Below are positions 58,355 through 64,000 of a stretch of 64,000 nucleotides of DNA, piece after piece (position 1 is the stretch's first letter; every line of letters begins with the position of its first letter). Origin of the DNA: an uncultured Nitrososphaerota archaeon (GTDB lineage Archaea > Thermoproteota > Nitrososphaeria > Nitrososphaerales > Gagatemarchaeaceae); assembly GCA_963718895.1 (NCBI GenBank), contig CAVRAG010000008.1, positions 1,440,001 through 1,504,000 of the forward strand, given 5' to 3'. The notes under the pieces were generated by a model. The model was given only the letters and a program-made list of their open reading frames with translations, ran no database searches and was not told where the DNA came from. The position numbers and the translations under genes are program-made.

Positions 58355-58575
58355 CGGTCTTCCCTTGTTTCCCTGACTGCCTTGATGATTTCATTGTCGG
58401 ACACTTTTGATAGAGCCTTCTTCGCCCGTCCCAATGCTGAAATCAGTTCTCTCCTTTCTCTCTTCTGTACTTCGTCCCTGAGCGCCGACCGGACTAGCTC
58501 GCTGATGTTCACGTTGTAGGCCTTGGCCTTCTTCTTGAGCTCTTCATCGACCCTCACAACCACAGTTCCTGTCAT
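58351..58575 (-). CDS. CcdA/VapB-type RHH antitoxin
   Basis: VRVDEELKKKAKAYNVNISELVR; ATGA overlap. Confidence 0.9.
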   Translation of the reverse strand: MTGTVVVRVDEELKKKAKAYNVNISELVRSALRDEVQKRERRELISALGRAKKALSKVSDNEIIKAVRETREDR

Positions 58576-58624
58576 ACAGATTATGTATATACGTCCTTGT
58601 ATTTAACCATGCTACCGTCAACCG

Positions 58625-58641
58625 AGGTTCATCGCGCATCC
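58625..58641 (+). repeat. Cassette repeat copy (degenerate core)
   Basis: AGGTTCATCGCGCATCC. Confidence 0.5.
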
Positions 58642-58821
58642 TCATGTTAGAAACACATGCATGATGACAGTTGAAGGAGAATGATACAATCATGGTCGCG
58701 GGTGAACGCGTTCTTTCGATGTAGCCATCTTTCCGAGGTCTGGACATCTCCTGGGTGATAGTCCGACAACCAATTGCCACTATTGTTTACAAAGGAATGA
58801 GGCAGACCGGCTTGGCGGCGT

Positions 58822-59679
58822 GTGATCATGACCCTGGCAAAAGTCAAAGCGGTTTCCGACCTGGTCAAGATCGAGCTTCCTGCCGCGGCGGGGATTTGCG
58901 TCGTAGCAGGTGAGGTGATGGCCCTGGGTCGCCTTCCCTCGGCCACCACCGTCATCCTGGGCTTTCTGCTTGGCTTCTTCGTCTCTGCTGCGGCCATGAT
59001 CTCGAACGACTATTTCGACCGCGAAGTGGACCGGGTCAACCATCCCGAGAGGCCGTTGCCCTCGGGTCGCATCACGACCGGCGAGCTGCTGATCATCGAG
59101 GCCTGTTTCTCTCTGGCGGGTCTTGCAATCGCGGCCTTCCTGGGCGTGGTTGTTTTGGTCGGAGCCTCAGCTCTCTGGATCATCGGATTCCTGTACAACT
59201 GGAGATACAAAGAGTCCGGCCTAGTCGGGAACATGATGGTCAGTGCTTCTGTAGCTTCCACCTTCGTGGTCGGTGGCATAGCCTCGGCCGGGCCCGTAAA
59301 CGGCCTCGTGTGGACGTTCGGCACTCTGGCATTCATGTTCGATCTTGCAGAGGAGATAGCAGGGGGCGCAATGGATGTTGTCGGCGACGCGAAACGAAAC
59401 GTGAGGTCCCTGGGGAGGGTGCTCGGAAAGATCTGCGCGCTTCGGGTCTCTGTGATCCTTTACACTCTCGTGATAGTAGGGACCTTCGTCCCGGTCGTGA
59501 GGGGATGGTTGGGGGCCCCTTATCTCGCGATCGCAGCGGTCACCGACCTCCTGTTGATCTACTTCTCGGCCCGGCTCTACAGAAGCAGGACTCCCGAGGA
59601 GGGAAGACGTGAGATTCGCCACTTGTACCTGACGGCTGCAGGACTTGTAGCCGCCTTCTTACTCGGTAGCGCCTTCTAG
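58822..59679 (+). CDS. UbiA-family prenyltransferase (DGGGP synthase-like)
   Basis: NDYFDREVDRVNHPERPLPSG; second motif DVVGD. Confidence 0.9.
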   Translation: MIMTLAKVKAVSDLVKIELPAAAGICVVAGEVMALGRLPSATTVILGFLLGFFVSAAAMISNDYFDREVDRVNHPERPLPSGRITTGELLIIEACFSLAGLAIAAFLGVVVLVGASALWIIGFLYNWRYKESGLVGNMMVSASVASTFVVGGIASAGPVNGLVWTFGTLAFMFDLAEEIAGGAMDVVGDAKRNVRSLGRVLGKICALRVSVILYTLVIVGTFVPVVRGWLGAPYLAIAAVTDLLLIYFSARLYRSRTPEEGRREIRHLYLTAAGLVAAFLLGSAF

Positions 59680-59698
59680 GCCGGACGAAGATGCTGGA

Positions 59699-59728
59699 GC
59701 CATGCTAGGGTTCATTGCACCTCTGCCC
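59699..59728 (+). repeat. Cassette repeat copy
   Basis: GCCATGCTAGGGTTCATTGCACCTCTGCCC. Confidence 0.88.
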
Positions 59729-59761
59729 GAATCACTGAGAAGGAGGTAGCCGAAGTCACGT

Positions 59762-61045
59762 TCATGCCAGTGGCATGTTAGGCGACCGGGACGAAGATGT
59801 GTGACGCCGGACCAGAAGATAGGATGCCGCCAAGAGAACGGTGAAGAAGGCGGCCACCAGGAACTGGTAGGGGAACACCGGCACTCCCCCTCCCCCGCCT
59901 GTCGAGCTTGTTGCGGAGGTCTGTGCCGTCGTAGAACTCGAGCCCGTGATGCTGTTGGCCGTGGAGGGAGAAGACGAAACGACCGTGGTGGTCGACGTGG
60001 AGCTCAGTGTGGTGGATGTGGTCGAGCTACCCGAGGTCGTTGACGACAGGGCGGCGTCGGGTACCACGGAGATGGTGGAACCGCCACTGTCGGCCACGAA
60101 CACCTCGCCCTTTCCCGAGTCGTAGGCTACGTCGTAGGGTGAGGTCCCTACCGTGACGTTCGCGACGATCTTGTCACTGCTGTCGGACACCGCTGAAATC
60201 GTGTTTGACATGTAGTTCCCTGCGACTACATCGCCCTTGGCAGAGTCGTAGACTACTTCTCCGACGCTGCCTCCTGCAGGTAAGATCACGGTCGCGACGA
60301 CCGCGTTGCTTGCGTCGGATATCACCGAGAACCCGTCGCCAAAATTGTCCGCGAACACTTCATCCTTTGCGGGGTCGTAGACCAGGCCCGTGGGGGAACC
60401 ATAGAGGACCACGTTGGCGACAACTTTGTTCGTGGAGTCGGAGACCACGGAGACATTGTCAGCTCCGTTATCCGCAACGAACACCTCGCCCTTGGCGGAA
60501 TCATAAGCCAGGCCCTCGGGGGAGCTTCCGGAGGGAAGGGTTACAGTCGCGACGACCGTGTTTGTGCCGTCGGAGATGACGGAGAGGGTGTCATCGAGAC
60601 CATTCGCCACGAACACTTCGCCCTTTGCAGAGTCATATGCCAAGCCGTCGGGAGTACCTCCAACATTCACGTTCGCCACGACCTTGTTCGTGGAGTCTGA
60701 TATCACGGAAACGGCGGCGTTGCCGCTGTCGGCGACGAAGATCTCGCCCTTTCCTGAGTCGTAGACGGCGCCCAGGGGAGAGCTTCCAGCGGGTAGGCTG
60801 AAGTTCGCGACGACGATGTCGGTGGTGTCGGATATCACAGAGCCCCTTGGGCCCAGATCCGCAACGAATATCTCGCCCTTGCCTGAGTCGTAGGCCAAGC
60901 TCTGGGGGGTACCCGTTACGGTTATGGTCGTCACAGCGGCCCCGGCCCTGGCGAAAGGAACGGCGACGGCCGAACCTAGGACCAAGAGGACCAGGAGAAT
61001 CATAGCAGACGTCATGCGGATGAACCCGTGACGCGAAGCCGACAC
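59762..61045 (-). CDS. YVTN/YncE beta-propeller surface protein with PEF-CTERM-like tail
   Basis: Seven YDSxKGEVFVA repeats; VPVFP-TM-RRH. Confidence 0.92.
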   Translation of the reverse strand: MSASRHGFIRMTSAMILLVLLVLGSAVAVPFARAGAAVTTITVTGTPQSLAYDSGKGEIFVADLGPRGSVISDTTDIVVANFSLPAGSSPLGAVYDSGKGEIFVADSGNAAVSVISDSTNKVVANVNVGGTPDGLAYDSAKGEVFVANGLDDTLSVISDGTNTVVATVTLPSGSSPEGLAYDSAKGEVFVADNGADNVSVVSDSTNKVVANVVLYGSPTGLVYDPAKDEVFADNFGDGFSVISDASNAVVATVILPAGGSVGEVVYDSAKGDVVAGNYMSNTISAVSDSSDKIVANVTVGTSPYDVAYDSGKGEVFVADSGGSTISVVPDAALSSTTSGSSTTSTTLSSTSTTTVVSSSPSTANSITGSSSTTAQTSATSSTGGGGGVPVFPYQFLVAAFFTVLLAASYLLVRRHTSSSRSPNMPLA

Positions 61046-61120
61046 GCTCTCGACTACGTTGCCGGTAGGCGCTCGATTTAAGACTTCGGAACTGCAATTC
61101 CAGAAGAATAATCCTCTTCG

Positions 61121-61170
61121 CGCATGGGTTCGTTGCGCTTCCGACGGTCCTTTCATCCACATGTTGGCTA
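61121..61170 (+). repeat. Cassette repeat copy
   Basis: CGCATGGGTTCGTTGCGCTTCCGACGGTCCTTTCATCCACATGTTGGCTA. Confidence 0.9.
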
Positions 61171-61173
61171 CGG

Positions 61174-61617
61174 CTACGGCTTCAATTTGTCAAGGTCCAC
61201 CGCAGGAAGCCCTAACCGACGATATGCGCCCTCGCTGGAAAGCAAGGTGATCCCAAGCCTCTTGGAGGCCGCCGCGTGCAGCGAGTCGAAGAAGGTCAGG
61301 CCTGGTTCGTCCTGACGCAGCCTCTCTGCCACTATCACGTCGCCGATGTCCACGGGTAACGCGTCGTCGATGCCATATTCTGCCAGGAGTGCGGCCATCA
61401 ACGTGAACGTCTCTTCGATATCCTTGCTCTGCACGCCCCTGGAATACAGCACGGTCCTCACCTCGAGCACGGCCGAGGAGAGAGGGGTTATCCTCAGTCT
61501 TCCGTCCCTGTGCATCTCGAGCGCGGTGATGACACTGGAGTGCCTCGCGTCCGACTTTCTCAGCCCGAAGAGAAAATCAGACTCTACGATCACTTGCTGT
61601 CGGGATTCAGAAGCCAT
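61174..61617 (-). CDS. vapC: VapC PIN-domain toxin
   Basis: IVESDFL, AVLEV, TFFDSLHAA, LLSSE. Confidence 0.88.
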   Translation of the reverse strand: MASESRQQVIVESDFLFGLRKSDARHSSVITALEMHRDGRLRITPLSSAVLEVRTVLYSRGVQSKDIEETFTLMAALLAEYGIDDALPVDIGDVIVAERLRQDEPGLTFFDSLHAAASKRLGITLLSSEGAYRRLGLPAVDLDKLKP

Positions 61618-61835
61618 TCTTCAGCCCTTCTTCGCGTGCTCCTGTCGAACGGAAAGTCACCCATGGTTCTGTCCAGCCTCTCAGCGGGGTCTGCGGGAAC
61701 CGGCTTCATCAGGATGTCTTTGCCATACGGAACTAGATAGAACTTTTGGCCCGTGACCACCTTGAAGGCAGCCCTCACTCCTTTGGGGATTGTGATCCTG
61801 TATCGCTCATCCACCTCTGCCAGCTCTATACCCAT
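61590..61835 (-). CDS. AbrB/MazE-type antitoxin
   Basis: VDERYRITIPKGVR. Confidence 0.9.
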   Translation of the reverse strand: MGIELAEVDERYRITIPKGVRAAFKVVTGQKFYLVPYGKDILMKPVPADPAERLDRTMGDFPFDRSTRRRAEEWLLNPDSK

Positions 61836-61869
61836 GATTTGGGATTATGACCCGTATATTTAATTATTT

Positions 61870-61925
61870 GCCCGTAAATGGTTCATTGCGTCTCCGCCTG
61901 GGAGAGTATCATCCACACGCTGGCC
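61870..61925 (+). repeat. Cassette repeat copy
   Basis: GCCCGTAAATGGTTCATTGCGTCTCCGCCTGGGAGAGTATCATCCACACGCTGGCC. Confidence 0.88.
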
Positions 61926-62288
61926 ATGGTCTTTGGCTTACTGGCGTCACGGAAAGAAGTTCGCCGCGGTCACGGCAAGCCCGCCAGGTCTTAGCCCTGG
62001 TGCCTTGGCCGCCCCACAATCCGCGACCGCTGATTTTGGACGACGCCGGTACCGTTGCACTTTGGGCAAGGCGCGCTCTGGCCTGTGCTTACTTTGATTG
62101 TGCCAGTTCCTTTACAGTTCGGACAGGGTCCCGTTCTTACTGACATCGCGCGTTTGTGGCGTTCGGTCTCTTCTTACGTGTTCTGCCGTCGGCACCCGGC
62201 GAGTTGACAGGGAGGCTGCTAGCGACAGTCGAGTTACCAAAACCGATTATTGACTCGGTGGAGTTTACATTCCATTGAAGGAACTTGG

Positions 62289-62344
62289 GTCATGCATGTG
62301 GGTTCTTTGCGCCTGCGCCGGGGCATTTCATCCATGTGTTGGGG
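62289..62344 (+). repeat. Cassette repeat copy (full length)
   Basis: GTCATGCATGTGGGTTCTTTGCGCCTGCGCCGGGGCATTTCATCCATGTGTTGGGG. Confidence 0.93.
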
Positions 62345-62565
62345 TAAGTTAGACCCGGGACTACCAAGCCACCCTCTTCTTCTGATATTGCGAGAATACC
62401 CTATCCCCGAATAGCTATCTCGAGGTAGGCTGTTCCGGTTTGCAGCCACGGAAGATTTTTGATGCCTGAACCATTTGTGCCGGCAACTCATAGGTTCGCT
62501 TTCAATCTGTTCATCACGCGGCTTGCGATTATCAATCAAGGTGCCCATTTGTAATTGTTCTTCCG

Positions 62566-62594
62566 ATGCGTGGGGTTCATTGTCACATTCCGGG
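62566..62594 (+). repeat. Cassette repeat copy (degenerate)
   Basis: ATGCGTGGGGTTCATTGTCACATTCCGGG. Confidence 0.55.
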
Positions 62595-62614
62595 AAAAGA
62601 ATCTAGGTGCGAGT

Positions 62615-63863
62615 TCACTGGCTGGCCGGTACGAGCTCGTAGACTCCCACCGTCGGTGTTATGTTCTTCAGCTTGCGAGTCCCGAGATAACGCATCGAGG
62701 ACTTCAGCTTGTTCGATATCTGCTCGTAGACTTGCTTCGAGACGCAGACACCACCAGGTCTCGCGTATGCCTGCAATCTCGAAGCGATGTTGACGGCGTC
62801 ACCGAAGATGTCTCCGTCCTTGTGAATCACATCGCCAACGTGAACCCCTATCCTGAGACTGTTGCCTCTTCTGATGCGCTGCATCCGGCTCTGGACTGCG
62901 ATGGCACACTCCGCGGCTGCGAGCACGCTCCCGAACTCGACCATGAATCCGTCGCCTGTCCCCTTAATCACGCTCCCTTCGTATCTGGGGATGATGGACA
63001 GGATGGCTCCCTCCTGTGTGTCAAGCAGTTTCATCGCTTCCCGCTCGTCCTTCCTCATCAACCCGCTGTAGCCGACCATGTCAGTCACCATCACGGCCGC
63101 CAGATGTCTCGTTCCTTGTGACCCTCTCCGCGCGCCTACCACCACCTCCCCCCGCGGCCGGAGGCTGAGCGTCCTCCACCCCGAATCGACCGGTCCTCCA
63201 TGGAACGCCCTCGCCCGGACATTGTGTTCCAGTCTGCCTGCCTTCTCCTTGGTCACCATGTCGAAGATGCCGTCGTACAGAGCCTCATTCTTCCTGTAGA
63301 ACGCTTCCGAGGCAACGCCCTTCACGAAACCATTGATGGTAATCAGCTCGCGCGCCCTCGCCCATGGTATGAAGATAGTCCGCCAGCCGTTGAACATCGT
63401 CTCCTCGTCGTTGAATTGGAGGAGAAGCGAGGTGTTGTCGTCTATGTGGAGCCACCGCATGTCCCGCTCTTCGAAACCTTCGGAGATTTGCTTCTTGATC
63501 ACTTTCCCCCACTCTCTCAGGTCGGGAGCTTTCATGGCAAGGAAGCCGACCTTCCCGGCTGGCGCCTTCATCGATCTCTTCGGTCGTTGGGGTATAACTG
63601 TCTATGAGCCTGAGCATGCCCCTCTTCGTCTCTTTATCGACGGAAACCCCCAATTCTTCGAGGGCCTCCTTGACATCGACTATGTTCCGGTGGAAGGAGT
63701 GGTACTCGGTCTTCAGACCACGCTGCACGGCACGAGCGGCAACGGTTACCGAAGCCTCATACCAAGGGGAGTCTGGCTCGAACTCTACCAGATAGTTCCC
63801 TCCCACGCGTAGTCCGTCCGGCACCATGGCCTCAAAGAACGGGACCACGACCCTGACGGGCAT
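62615..63863 (-). pseudogene. KaiC/RecA-like (degenerate ATPase) domain fused to class III cyclase; frameshift near 63580
   Basis: The 63863 ORF (VPDGL..NYLVEF..RLIDSY) continues in the 63571 frame (IDD, YDGIFDM, then LAAVMVTDMVGY, GDAVNIASR). Confidence 0.75.
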
Positions 63864-63970
63864 TACTTGGAATTCACCGACTGGAACTATAAGCGTTTAC
63901 CCCTTTGTCTGGACGGCTCTTGCTTCGCATATATGAAAACTGGGGGCTTGTGATTCAGAAGGGACCCTGA

Positions 63971-64000
63971 GCCATGCTAGGGTTCATTGCGCCTCCGCCG
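63971..64000 (+). repeat. Cassette repeat copy (truncated by window edge)
   Basis: GCCATGCTAGGGTTCATTGCGCCTCCGCCG. Confidence 0.95.

Larger units (their letters stand above)
1759..64000 (+). mobile_element. Cassette-like array: ~50 co-oriented ~55-bp repeats separating gene units (integron-like; recombinase not in window)
   Basis: Core GGTTCATTGCGCCTCCGCCGG recurs between genes, always on the + strand, and delimits unrelated genes and TA pairs. Confidence 0.75.

Noticed and set aside
1759-64000. Repeat family as a CRISPR array
   Set aside because: Spacers are 0.25-6 kb and contain genes, the repeats are degenerate, and there are no cas genes.
1759-64000. Repeat family as REP/MITE/IS ends or terminators
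   Set aside because: Strict single orientation regardless of flanking gene direction, no inverted pairs, no evident target duplications, no transposase and no U-tract. Not fully excluded without a genome-wide scan.

Overview
This is a GC-rich archaeal accessory region. TATA-box promoters with near-leaderless starts, thermopsin, F420-type LLM enzymes, Lrp/AsnC regulators, a DGGGP-synthase-like UbiA and PEF-CTERM-like sorting tails support an archaeal origin. An acid-soil Nitrososphaerota-type host is my inference. The window has no rRNA, tRNA, CRISPR, transposase or integrase. Its main feature is about 50 copies (counted by eye) of a ~55-bp imperfect-palindromic repeat, consensus GCCATGYRTAGGGTTCATTGCGCCTCCGCCGG(GG/TC)CATTTCATCCACAYGTTGGGCT. 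All copies lie in the same orientation across 62 kb and divide the DNA into cassette-like units of mostly 1-3 genes. The units carry 13 toxin-antitoxin pairs, solo Doc and HEPN genes, GNATs, cyclases, surface proteins and stress enzymes. Cargo genes mostly point leftward, and the repeats become denser and better conserved toward the right end. The architecture resembles a chromosomal integron or super-integron cassette array but uses a non-canonical site, so it is a candidate undescribed archaeal gene-capture system. Its recombinase is predicted to lie beyond the right edge of the window.
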